55,232 bases of DNA from Cladosporium halotolerans (Eukaryota), in contig NW_027191511.1 in NCBI RefSeq assembly GCF_011745625.1, positions 1 through 55,232 of the forward strand. Direction: 5' to 3'. A program made the position numbers and the translations under genes. A model generated the notes under the pieces. The model was not told where the DNA came from, made no database searches, and was given only the letters and a program-made list of their open reading frames with translations. Of the stretch, positions 1-10,924 are shown piece by piece. Positions within the stretch are counted from its first letter, which is position 1. Each line of letters starts with the position of its first letter.

Positions 1-54
1 CTGAGGTACGTACCTAGATACGTACAGCAGCTCGATGTCTCCGATGATTGGCAC

Positions 55-234
55 GCGAAGGTTACCGCATTGGGTACTGGTTTCCAATGGAAACCGAAGA
101 CTTTGAACCGAACCAACCAGATACATGACCAAGGCCGAACCGTAACCTACGAAAACCTACCAACTGAACCGCAAAAACCAGATTGACCGAACCAATAAGT
201 TCACTGAGTCTACTGCGGCTTCTTGGGAACAGTG
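55..234. mobile_element. Possible DNA-transposon (hAT-like) subterminal/terminal remnant
   Basis: Dense short GAACC/AACCG repeats (~92-195) ending in CTTGGGAACAGTG; no ORF. Resembles hAT subterminal arrays, but no partner TIR is visible. Confidence 0.3.
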
Positions 235-465
235 GCGGCTAATACTTTTGGATCCAACTAGGATCGAGTGGAATCGGGAATGGGCCAGGCCAAACAAGGG
301 CTGCCTGAATGGTGGATACGTATTGTTAAGCACATTAATTCTTATACGACTGCCTCGTCCGTTCTATCTACTCATGCTTTCTCTCATCAGGCCCTTTGAC
401 GTTATCCACACTTTGTTCTTTCTTTCCATCGATCGTTGGCACAGCACTAGTGCAGCACATCCACC

Positions 466-2791
466 ATGCGTTACTACAGCATGCTTGTGTCGCTCGCTTT
501 GGCGATAATTGTTGTGATACGAGCAAAGATGCGCATTGACGATGACTGCGTTGTTATTCTTTCTGCAAAGGTAAAGACTGTCATCTATATAGATAGCGCT
601 GATCAGGCAGCAGTGCCCAAGATCAGGCGGCAGCAATCCTTCCCAAGGCAACGACAACTCTCCGCATACAGTTGAGGCATATTCACAACAATAATCATTG
701 AGGGTCAGGCTCTTGAGGGTCGGGGCCTGCTGAACAGCTTGACCGGCTCCACTAGCAAGATATCGGACAACCTCAGCAATAAACGTCTGCACAACATGCT
801 CCCTGCTGTGGGCCCAATTCTCAATCGCACCCATGTTCCTGGTCGTCCAAAGTGGAAGGGAGAGGGAAGAACTGCTGGCAGCCCTGACTACCCTTACCTG
901 TTCGCCAATCCACTCCCGATCGCAGAGACTGCCATGCCTCAATTCACCGAGGTGGTCAATGGTGTTCCTATTGACTACTACGAGATGACTATCGAGAGCT
1001 TCGACATTGCCCTCTTCCCAGGCCATGGTCTCACCTCTCTTGTTGGGTGGGTGAAATGCAAAGATGTCTTAACGACCCATGCTAATGGCTCACAGATACA
1101 ATGGAACCGCGCCTGGCCCGACTTTCAGAGTCGAGAATGGCCGTGAGACCGTTGTGAGAGTCTTGAACCACGGAAACCGCACTGCTGCAATGCATCTTCA
1201 TGGTATGAGTTCGCACGCCGTCTGGGACGGATGGGCAGCGGACGAGCTCGAGATCGGCCAATACAAGGACTATTACTACCCCAACAACGAAGGCTCACGC
1301 ACGATCTGGTATCACGACCACGCTGAACGCCACACTGCCGTTGATGCATACGAAGGCCAGTCTGGTGTGTATATCATCTATGACCCAGCTGAGGATTCCC
1401 TAGGTCTGCCCAGCGGCAAATACGATATTCCTCTCTGCCTTTCGGACAAGACCTACCAGGACAATGGCCAGCTTGTCTCAATCGAGGATATTGACCTCAA
1501 TTTCGTCGGCGAGTTCATCCAGGTCAACGAGCAACAACCTTGGCCTTACCTAGAAGTCGAGCCCCGCAAATACCGTTTCAGACTGTATGATATGTCTGTC
1601 AGCCGCCCGTATGACTTATACATCGTCGACGAGGACGCCAACTGGCTCGAGTTTCAGGTCATTGGTTCTGACTCAGGCCTTTTCGGCCACCCAGTAGCGA
1701 CCAACGACCTGACTATGGCCATGGGCGAGCGTTACGACAGCGTCGTTGATTTTTCTGGAGTCAAGGGCCGGAACCTCACCTTCGCCAACAAGCTCCAGAA
1801 TCCTGCGATTGAGGACTTCGAAAATACCGACAAGGTGATGCGCTTTGTTGTCGGCCACGAAGTCAGCGACGACAGCAACAACAGTGCCGTTCCCGACACC
1901 CTGAACGCCAATCTCGAATTGCCCAGGAAACAAAATAGCACTAAAGTTGACCAGGCTTTCAACTTTCAAATGGGCGGCGACGCCACCTGGACTATCAACG
2001 GTGTTGCTTTCAGTGACCCTAATGCCCGTGTTCTCGCAAAGCCACCTCAAGGCGCTATCGAGCTGTGGGAGCTCCGCCACACTGGCGGCCCCGGCGTTCA
2101 CCCTGTTCACATTCACTTGGTCAACATGCAGATCGTCAGCCGCTCCGGTGGTCCCCGCGGTCTTTTGCCTTACGAAACAGCTGGTCTTAAAGATACCGTT
2201 TTCCTCCAGCCAGGTGAAGTCGTTCACGTTCTCGCCTACTACGGCCCTTGGAACGGTCTTTACATGTTTCACTGCCACAACCTTGTCCACGAGGACCATG
2301 AGATGATGGCCGCTTTCAACGTCACCCGCCTCGAAGAGCTGGGCTATAACTTCGAGTCTACCCAGGGCTTCGATGATCCTGAGGGCAAAAAGTACTCCGC
2401 TGTCGACTTCAGCGCTGATGCCTACGACTACGACGCGAAGCACTCTCTCGTCCGCTCCCTTGGCGAGCTCAACGCCTACCAACCCGCATCTAGCATCAAG
2501 GCAGCCCAAGCCAGCTGGTACGCCGAGAATGGCGACAATAGGAACCCATCCACGACCTCCGTCACCCAATCTGAATCCGTCGCGCCCTCCAGCGCAGGTG
2601 AGGGCTTCAGCTCTTCCGTCACCAGCGAGGCCCTCCCCGGTTTTGAGGCATTGCCAACAGTCGACCTACTTGACGAGCTGGGCTTGGACAATCCCCTCCG
2701 CCGCGACGACACAACGACCTCGCCTAAGTGGCAGACTCTGGCCAAGCCGACTGCCTTCCCTGCAACTACCGCTACGCCTTCGCACAAGTAG
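466..2791 (+). CDS. Multicopper oxidase, bilirubin-oxidase/CotA-like (3 cupredoxin domains, Ser/Thr-rich tail); in-frame TGA at 673-675, so either a pseudogene or a protein starting at ATG 796
   Basis: Cu motifs HLHG, WYHDH, HPVHIHL, HCHNLVHEDHEMM. Intron 1047-1095 (GTGGGT..GCTAAT..CAG) joins SLVG|YNGTAPGPT. Signal-peptide-like MRYYSMLVSLALAIIVVIRA at 466 is in the same frame as ORF 739-1146, separated by one TGA. Confidence 0.9.
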
Positions 2792-3049
2792 ATTCGCTAC
2801 CGGCCGGCTGGTTCGTGTTTTCGTATTCCAGAAAGTCTCCTTGCTCTCAGCGATGCATTCGAGCATGAAAGCTTCGCCTCGCGGTAACGGCTTTTTATCG
2901 TCTCTCTCTCCTCTTGCAAATTTCAAGGGCGGCTGTTTTGCTGGTAATCGCACATACATACGTACATTATTGGACACCAGAGTCGCACAGACTGTTCTCA
3001 CTGATTTGCATTACAATCACGAGCACGGCCTTCGGCGTCCTTTTATCTT

Positions 3050-3538
3050 TGTGCCCAGCGTCTACCCAGAGGACTTCCATATCGTCCGCAGCGTTGTAAA
3101 GATATTCGCAACCATCCTTGGGCTTCTCTCATACATAGTGATGGAAAGGCTCTACATTTCGAAAGAGCGCGTATGAATCAGCCGTCGCACATGTTATCTC
3201 ATGAATATGATTCTACTTCGGCTCTGCTCTAAGACATTGCGGTATCTTACGGCGCTGGCTTCATTAATCCTCGTCACTATATTGGAGACGAGCAGGGACT
3301 CGAAATGGTCATTTCAAGCTTTTCGCGGCTCGTTCTTTCCGTCCAAGTCTTCATCGCCGGCTGGCAGCTGCCCGCTCTATATTTTCGGCTAAGACGGCGC
3401 TTATTGGTAGTACTCCTTGGCCCCGGCATGGGCATTACCTGTATCATCTCTTCTCTCTTTGTCTGGGCGTTGAGTGAGAATGTCAGATTCCTGAAGGCTC
3501 TGATTGTGGGGGCTTGCATCTCATCCACCGATCCTGTC
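3050..3538 (+). pseudogene. 5' fragment of a fungal CPA1 Na+/H+ antiporter (NHA1/Sod2-like)
   Basis: Translated pieces IFATILGLLSYIVMERLYISKE and FSRLVLSVQVFIAGWQLP..LLGPGM..LIVGACISSTDPV match the family N-terminus. Similarity stops abruptly at TDPV. Confidence 0.75.
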
Positions 3539-3744
3539 ACGGGCCGAGCCCCTAACATACTTTTAGTGTTGCTATTTGTATGATGGGAGGTGTGCTTGAA
3601 GTATCTCTCGGGTTATGAGTGCAAGGCAATGTTCATTGTGGTTTTAGGCAGCGTTTAGGGACGGCTCGTACGGTCTCCGTATATAGCCTAAATGAGAATC
3701 ATTATCATTGTTATGAACATTATCCTCATGATCGATTCCTAACA
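3535..3744 (+). mobile_element. Short retroelement remnant (TGTCACGGGCCGAGCCC...TAACA) containing a LINE-type 3' stem-loop
   Basis: Begins TGTCAC at the antiporter break point and ends TAACA (LTR-like TG..CA). Contains GGGACGGCTCGTACGGTCTCCGTATATAGCC (3658-3688), homologous to the LINE 3' ends at 30571 and 36801. No TSD found. Confidence 0.45.
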
Positions 3745-3879
3745 GTACACAACCGAGTAAACTGGCTCAATTAACGGGCAGTCGGCTCGGGCTTGGCCGC
3801 GGCAGTCCGTACGCGGGCCACGAAAGAAATCGAGTCGGATTGATCGTGTGTCAGGGTGCAAGTTAGATTTCAAGTGGGG

Positions 3880-4745
3880 CGATGGTTGCTGTCACCTTCT
3901 GTGCTCGCGTAATATTTCCTCGTGTCGCTCTTTGGAGCAGCCCTAGTGGCCCTCTTACAGCTGTTCAAATAGTTTCTCGGCCGTACGTCTCCTCGCCTTC
4001 TTCGTCGATGATTTGCCCGGAGACCAAACTGACCGCCTTGGTCCTCAGATCTAAGGTGTGATCGATTCTGGCCAAGTATGTCCTCACTTCCTGATTGCAG
4101 TCGTGCGTTATCCTCCTGCGACCGGTCCCTAGCAAGCCCGCACGCTATATTTATTTCCTCTTGATCACTTCTTACTTCCTCTTGGATTTCGGTTGCGTTG
4201 CCTTCTACTGGTTCTGGGCCAGAAGGATCATCATATGGACCTTGTATATAGGAGGCTTGGCCATTGTCTTCGGAACGAACGCGTTGATGGATAGGGCTAC
4301 TAGCATTCGGCTGCCATTGAAGAATGGCTAGATAAGTGCTCCTCGGTGATTTACTGTCCCTATCGTAGCCAAACAACGAAAGAACGTTTTCTAGTCCTTA
4401 TGCAACTCACTAGCGCGCTGAATCTTGGGTCGCTGTTCTTCTCTATAGAGAGAGTTCTGCTCGCCTACCGCTTCTACGACTTGCAATATTTGGCTGTCTA
4501 AAGGGTCATAAGAGACATCAAGCTCTGACGACTTCCGTATGCCCATAGACAACATCACAACAACGTTGCTGTGGCATCCTCTTCCTCGACTGTGGTGAGA
4601 CTGAGAATCTCATTACCTTGCTCTTGCCATGCAGCTGTAGCCTGGCTTCTCTTTGCGCCATTTGCTCTCTGTCGGAACCGGAGTGGCCGCATGCGCTCTT
4701 ATACTTGTTCACGTCGGCGATCGACTTCGGCGCTGCCGCTGTCGC
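3880..4745 (-). pseudogene. Degenerate remnant of an uncharacterised fungal (probably TE-associated) protein
   Basis: Stop/frameshift-riddled minus-strand pieces EVDRRREQV*ERMRPLRFRQR..EQGNEILSLTTVEEEDATATLL and AEKLFEQL*EGH*GCSKERHEEILREH look protein-like; family not firmly assigned. Confidence 0.35.
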
Positions 4746-5167
4746 TTAACAAAGGTCGGCCACGTTATGATGGCAAATCGCAAGAACCAATACTTATACT
4801 ACGGCAATCTATACACCTCCAGAGACCCAACTTTGGAATTCATCTGTTTTGTTAGTGTGATTTTCCTGCATGCTGCCGCACAGAGTGGTGTTCCATGACG
4901 AGGGCTGATTTGTACCGCTTGGGATTGAAAGGTGACGCTCTTGGCATTGGCGTTGGACAACAATGACTTTGAAAACCAACCTCGTGCCCAATACACGTTT
5001 TATTGATATGGATGGAATTGATGCTTAAAAAAGTGCTCAGAGGCTTCGAATTCATCGTAAGATTAACTTCATAAGACGACCTTTGACTTCTAAACCTAAG
5101 GCGGGTTTTCCTTAATTTGTATAAACTTTGTCTCTGGCCCTACCTACACCTTACCTCCATTTCGCCC

Positions 5168-5680
5168 TCACCACTGCTGTTGCGGCGGCCACGCCTGCTG
5201 TTCTTGCCGGTCTTGCTTTGGCTGGACCGAGTACTCATGGGTAGATGAATGGTGCATAACCTTTTGCTCAAGTTGAGCTGCGCTGAGCGAATGACAATCG
5301 GCGTTGTAGTTGTTCAGGGAAAGCGTGAAGGTAGGTTGGCGAAGGAGACTTCTGATGAGGTCACGGTAGCGCTCATTCTCCGAGAGTAATGCAACGTTCT
5401 CCCGGCGAAGATTGATGACATCTTGAGTCGTGAGAGCGACACCACTTTCGAGCTGGCTAATGTATTCTACTCGATATGAGGATTCAATGTATTTTTGCCC
5501 GATTCGCAGCGAGACTCACCCTTCTTTCTTGAGCGGAACGCGCGAGCGGACACCTTGTTCCTGAGTCGTTGGCGCTCCTTACTAGAGAGCCTTTTGCCCT
5601 CTTCAGAAGCCAGGAAGCGCTCATCCTCGCTCATCTCTTCCTCTCACTTCTTTGGCTCGGCGATTTGTGTAAAGAGTTGT
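5168..5680 (-). pseudogene. bZIP transcription factor (MBZ1-like basic region), N-terminally truncated or pseudogenised
   Basis: EEEMSEDERFLASEEGKRLSSKERQRLRNKVSARAFRSRKK|EYISQLE..LRRENVALLSENERYRDL. Intron 5519-5467 (GTGAGT..TAG); stop 5170-5168; in-frame TGA at 5646-5644 just upstream of the acidic patch. Confidence 0.8.
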
Positions 5681-5801
5681 CGGCGGACTAAATTGTATCA
5701 GATGGACGTATGATGCAATCATGTATTCCCAATACAATCGCGTGTGAAGGCCGCTGGCTATGATTGCGGCTACAATCGCGGCTTTACAGTTGCTCAACCT
5801 T

Positions 5802-5874
5802 CTTGGCTCTGACTACGACTTGGCTTTGACTACGACTTGGCTTTGACTACGACTTGGCTTTGACTACGTCTTGG
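5802..5874. repeat. 17-bp tandem repeat (TGACTACGACTTGGCTT), ~4.3 copies
   Basis: Units at 5810, 5827 and 5844 are exact; 5861 is partial with one mismatch. Confidence 0.95.
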
Positions 5875-6605
5875 AGGTGCTATGGTCTTGGAACAGTGGG
5901 TAAGCACGCAGCTTCAAATCCATTTGTTGCGCAAAGGTTTTGACCGATATCACCAAAAGATGACGTTGGAACTTGTGTCTTCACCAATGAACAGTGGCAT
6001 TCATCGTCGCTATTAACGGAATCCTCTTGGCGAAAGCGAACGATCACCCGGAAGCACGAATGCTGCCGCCTCCCTACACAATACGTGTAGAGCAAGTATA
6101 ACATAAAAGCGTCATTGGGTGCGAACCTGGCAGCAAAGCAGGGTTTGAAAGATTGATGGCATAACCCAAGCCGCAAAGCGGGCCGTTCGTGGTATCATGC
6201 TGCCCAGGCAGCAAAGATTGCGAAGCAGCATTTTGAACCAATCCTTGTCTATGGAAACATGAGAGACAGTGATGACATTGCGCAAAAATATACAAAGCGA
6301 TATTACAATTGCATGCAGCCCGTGCACCTATTCGTACAAGAAATCAGCTCTAAACTTACACCTCTTGATCTTTCATGATACATGAAACTCGAAGAAACCA
6401 TATGGATACGCTGAGTATCACTGCTATAAACTAACTTGTTGCGATCGGTCCATGGTAAATATCCAGCTTCGAAGAGAAATCTCAAATTGATCTAGACTGT
6501 GGAAATGAGGGGGATGCGGGGCCATCTTCGTAGCAAGGACTGACGCATCGCAACATCGGCTGAGCAGCGTCATTCGTAGGGGATCTACGCCATAACTATA
6601 CTGGA

Positions 6606-8267
6606 TTACTTTTTTTTTGCTTTCTTTTCCAACCACCTTGCGACTCTCACAAGTGGCACATCAACAATCTTCCAAAACAAATGCGCCACAAGAATTGACA
6701 GCACCAACATAGTAAGCCACCCCAACGCCAACGCTCCGAACCAACCTTTTAGCCCACCATCTAAAGTCTCAAATAACTTTGGCTGCATCGCGAAGCCTGC
6801 GGAGTGCAACAAAGGACCATGGACCAGATATAGAGCGTACGAGATCTTGCCAAGGTACTGTGGTACAGACAAGCAGAGAAAAGCATTGACGTAGTAGAGT
6901 TGTTGAATAGACCAGACGATGAAAAGCGCAGAAAGAGCATGCCAGAACATGTACGGGTGCGTGTAATTGGTCTTGTACATGGGTAGGGTAACGCGGTGAA
7001 GCCAGCTGAAACCGGGGGTGCGTTCGGGCGCATCGTCGGGAAAGGATAAAAGGTACAACGCGGCTAAGAAAAATATGATCTTCATTGTCGCCAAGGCGTA
7101 TGCAGTCCATCGTGAGAGAACTGTTGCTCGTCGTGGGAGATTTGTCTGAAGCAAGTCGGACTCCCTGGCTTCGTTTGTGGCCTTTTTCGCTTGCCAAACA
7201 TGAGAGTCCGCAACCAGAGCTCCGCCAGTGAAAGCAGCAACATCCCATCTCTCAGATAAGAAACAGTACATCGTGACCAGGACGAATGTTCCAGAACGCC
7301 ATCGTTGCGAGAGACCGGCAGAAGCAAGCAATACCACGAATAGAACCATCGATCCCCTGAACTCGACCGGAATTGTCCAGGTATGAGGATCGTACTCGCT
7401 GTAGAACAGTCTCCACTGGAACGGCGTCGACCAAGCCCACCACATACTCGCAAAGTTTCTAAGCTGTTTCACGGAACTCAAAAACCGGGGGGGATGCTGT
7501 TCCCGCCATCCGGTAAGCCAAAGAGAGGATTCCTGGAACTCATGCCCTGCGTCGAAAGCTCCGAAAAAGGCGGCAAACATTACCAGCAACATGCTGGAAG
7601 TAGCAGGAAGGTATAGTCGCATCCATCTTCGAATTGTCAAGGAAGCTAAGCGGGAGAAGCATTTCACCAGTTCTGCGTCTGTATGTGCTCTCGACGAGGA
7701 TAAGAAAGCATAGCTAAGAACATATCCAGAAATCACGAAGAAGAGTGTGACCATCGCTCGCCCTCGGATAATAAGGCAAAGGATCGGGAGCTGATGTGGA
7801 TGTCTCCAGTCCTGGTTGTCGAGTTCTACGCCGAAGCCATGCGTAATAGTTTTGGTATGAGGGTACAGAAAGTGAAAGTTGAACACAACAAGACAGGCAA
7901 TGCCGCGTAAGCCATCGTAGGAAGCTGTTCCACAAGTTGCTCGCGAAACACTGCGATCCGGGGCAGCTGACGGCGAAGAGATTGAAAACAGTCCTTGGAA
8001 AAGCTGTACTAGTCGCGCTTGGATGGGAATCTTGTGCATAGCATCGCAGAGCCTGGTGCGAAGGACTGGTCGGGCTATCCGAGGCGACTCGAATGTCTCT
8101 ACCGTGGAAAATCTTTGCATGTGTCAGCCAAAAGCCGTCATGGCAATTATTCGTTTTCAAGCTCACTCCAGTGGTTGAACATTGGCGGACGGGGAGTCAC
8201 CCTTCTCGTAGTCGTGAATATCTGATCCCTGTCTCAGCGCCGAGGACTGCATCGCCTGTACATCCAT
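6606..8267 (-). CDS. Acyltransferase family 3 (OafA/Chip3-like membrane O-acyltransferase)
   Basis: DGLRGIACLVV, RRWMRLYLP, YDPHTWTIPVEFRGS, YLGKISYALYLVH; many TM segments. Upstream exon MDVQ..QPLE joined by intron 8166-8113 (GTGAGC..GCTGAC..AAG). Confidence 0.9.
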
Positions 8268-9386
8268 CGTAACTGTGAAACAAGCAACAGTGGTTGAGGT
8301 GCGTAGTACGCACAAACTGTGAGAGTTATCGAACAGTATGCTGGCCACATAGAACACGTTTGTTATATAAGGGTTTCGCTCAACGACAGCATCTCTGTAA
8401 ATACGCGTTGCCAAGCTGTATCGTTTGGCCAAGGGACCTTTCGGGTCTGAGACGACACGAGGCACTTCTTTGCGAACTGAACGGATCTGAGGGTGTACGT
8501 GCGATCGTGACCATAAAGACGGTTATCAAATCGTGCACATCGAGACGAACCGGCGAATGGCCGACTAGACTTGGTTCCAGACTCTCTCTATTGTCTTGGT
8601 CCGCTAATAGACCGAGATAAGGTTCAGTAGGATCGTTCGTGATCAATGCCAAGGGCACCGCTGTGCTTGGATGTCTTGAGTCGATGTTCCAGAATGTCAT
8701 CAACCTTGAACAAAAAGTCGCGAAACAGACGACAATGCCAAATCGTACTGTCGACGAAAGCGAGGATGGCAAACAATACCAGCTTTATCGGTGCAGCTAT
8801 GTCTCCACAAATGGGCTTTTGCTAAACCTGTCGATCATATTAGAGGCTATGTTGTCTGACTGACTTGTGTGTTCCAACATTGCACTGATCGAAGTCATTC
8901 TGCCCGGGCAGCTTAGGTACGCTAAACGTGAGTTGCCAAGCGGCAAAAACTGGAGTCAACCCCTGATCACCTAATCGTTCAACTCTCTTTTTGGGAAATA
9001 TGTCAATCGTCCGTCCGGGGCGGCGAGGGTCCCATACACGTCCTTTGATGCACGTCAGAGATACTCGCGAAGGGGCAAAGTAATGCCTGAGTAGTGCATT
9101 GATATGGCTCGAGGAATTGCGTCACGTTTCCTGCAAGCCTCCACGATTTGATCGAGGCTACAAGTAGAAATATTGCATCCCTAGTATTTGCCTTTCGAAA
9201 TTCTGTTCGCGACGCATCACGATGCATAAACAACACGCCACATGAATGCGGCCTGTCGTCTTTGTGAGATACGTCGCGCTTCAAGTGAGCAACCTTAATA
9301 TACCCAGCGGCCTTATTGAAAGACTTCGCATTTCAAAACGACCAAGTAGGCTAGAGAATTGTTTGCATCGTGTCCATCCTTCTCAG

Positions 9387-10417
9387 TCACCCATAGTGCT
9401 CGATATTGATGAAAGTAAACTATAGGTTGGCATTAGTGGTTGTGGTATGAACACTTGTCGAGTCATTGGCTATGATCTTACCTCGATGTACTGAGGACGG
9501 CCGGAGCTCACATCGCCAATCCAATTATGTTCGTTGAAGACTGGCCGCATTCCTAAATGCTCCAGCCTCTCGAACCAGTTTACCAACTCCTGTACCGTGC
9601 TTGGAACACCGTCTTCCGATATCAGATGCAATTCGATCAGGAGTTGTCCCACAGGCAAGGTTTTGGCCCCTGTGCCCTCAATCGAATCCATTAAAGCAGC
9701 CAGCGCTTCAAATTCTGAGCCCTCGATATCCATCTTCATCACGTCGATGAAGTCATGTCCATTCTCTGCCATGATATCCCACACTGCCAGCTGGGGCGGT
9801 GATTGCTCTCTGTCGGTCGTCTTCGATATGGCCGCTTTCTTGAAATGGACCCTCGAGCTTGGCGGAACCTCCTTCGCCCAGCCGTCCACGGAGTAGTCGA
9901 ATCCCCATATCTCAACGTTCAAGCGTTGCAAAAGAGCAGCCTCGAATGAAGAGTCATGCTCGACACCGAACGAGTACACAACCATGGTGGACTCCGGGTT
10001 GGCCTCTGAAGACGGTCCTGGAGTCAAGGTTTCGTGTCGCGACATTCCACAGACCCATTTCCCACCATCTCCTAACTTACCCACACGCTCCATGTCGTAG
10101 GGGCAGTAAAAGGTCGGACGAAACAGATCCCAGACGTTGTAGGGAAAGATAAAATCCTGGATGCGCTTGTTAGGCTCTTTGAGGAAGCTGTCCGAAAGCA
10201 TGCGAGATCGGTCTCCGAGGGACTGCCGCCAAAGTCTCTCTGCGAGAACGAGGTTTGCACTGCCCCGGTGCTCTTCGTTGTACTCGTATAGAAGGTGTCT
10301 GGAGTGAGTGGCCGCTGATGATCGAGGGCCGAATTCCTTCGCCAAAGCGAATAAGAATGCAATGATGGCAAGCGCGAGAAAGAATGCGATGGCGAGATTG
10401 GGGCGTACGAGAGACAT
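9387..10417 (-). CDS. SAM-dependent methyltransferase, Methyltransf_22/METTL24-like, type II membrane topology
   Basis: N-terminal TM (LAIAFFLALAIIAFLFALA); FYCPYDMERVGKLGDGGKWVCG, VVYSFGV..SSFE, IDVMKMDIEGSEF, GQLLIELH. Intron 9481-9420; last exon FTFINIEHYG*. Confidence 0.9.
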
Positions 10418-10924
10418 CTGGAGTCGAAAGAGTACATGTGGAAACCCACCAATAATGATATGTGATTTGTGAGTTATATAAAAACAGTCAACAAGTCTTG
10501 AGTTTCGTCCACCCGTGATGCCGTACGTGGACTTGGCTGGGCACCGCGTATGACCGGGGCTGTGGCATATGTCAGTCGTGCGCCTGAAACGTTTCGGTTG
10601 CTGTATGACGACGCATAGCATGCCAAAAAAGACTATCACATCAGCTTTTCCGCGTAACCAGGAAGTCGAAGCGTCGTATCCAGCATGCCAAGCGTAACCC
10701 TGCCCAAAGTTCCCAAGACAAATAGGCGGCTCACGAAACTCGGGAAAGCTTGGAGTTATGCCGCCTACTATCGCATAGCGGGGCTGAGCCGGATCGGTGG
10801 GACCACTAACACTTACTAGCCGTTACCAACCGAGCTATGACCCATACTGCCCGGGCAGAATGGCGGAAGGGTACTTTAGGTCTCGAGTCTTTCTTTCGTA
10901 GTACCACGGAGGCCAAAGAACAAT

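Noticed and set aside
5802..5874. CRISPR-like array
   Set aside because: Head-to-tail 17-bp units with no spacers, in a eukaryotic context.
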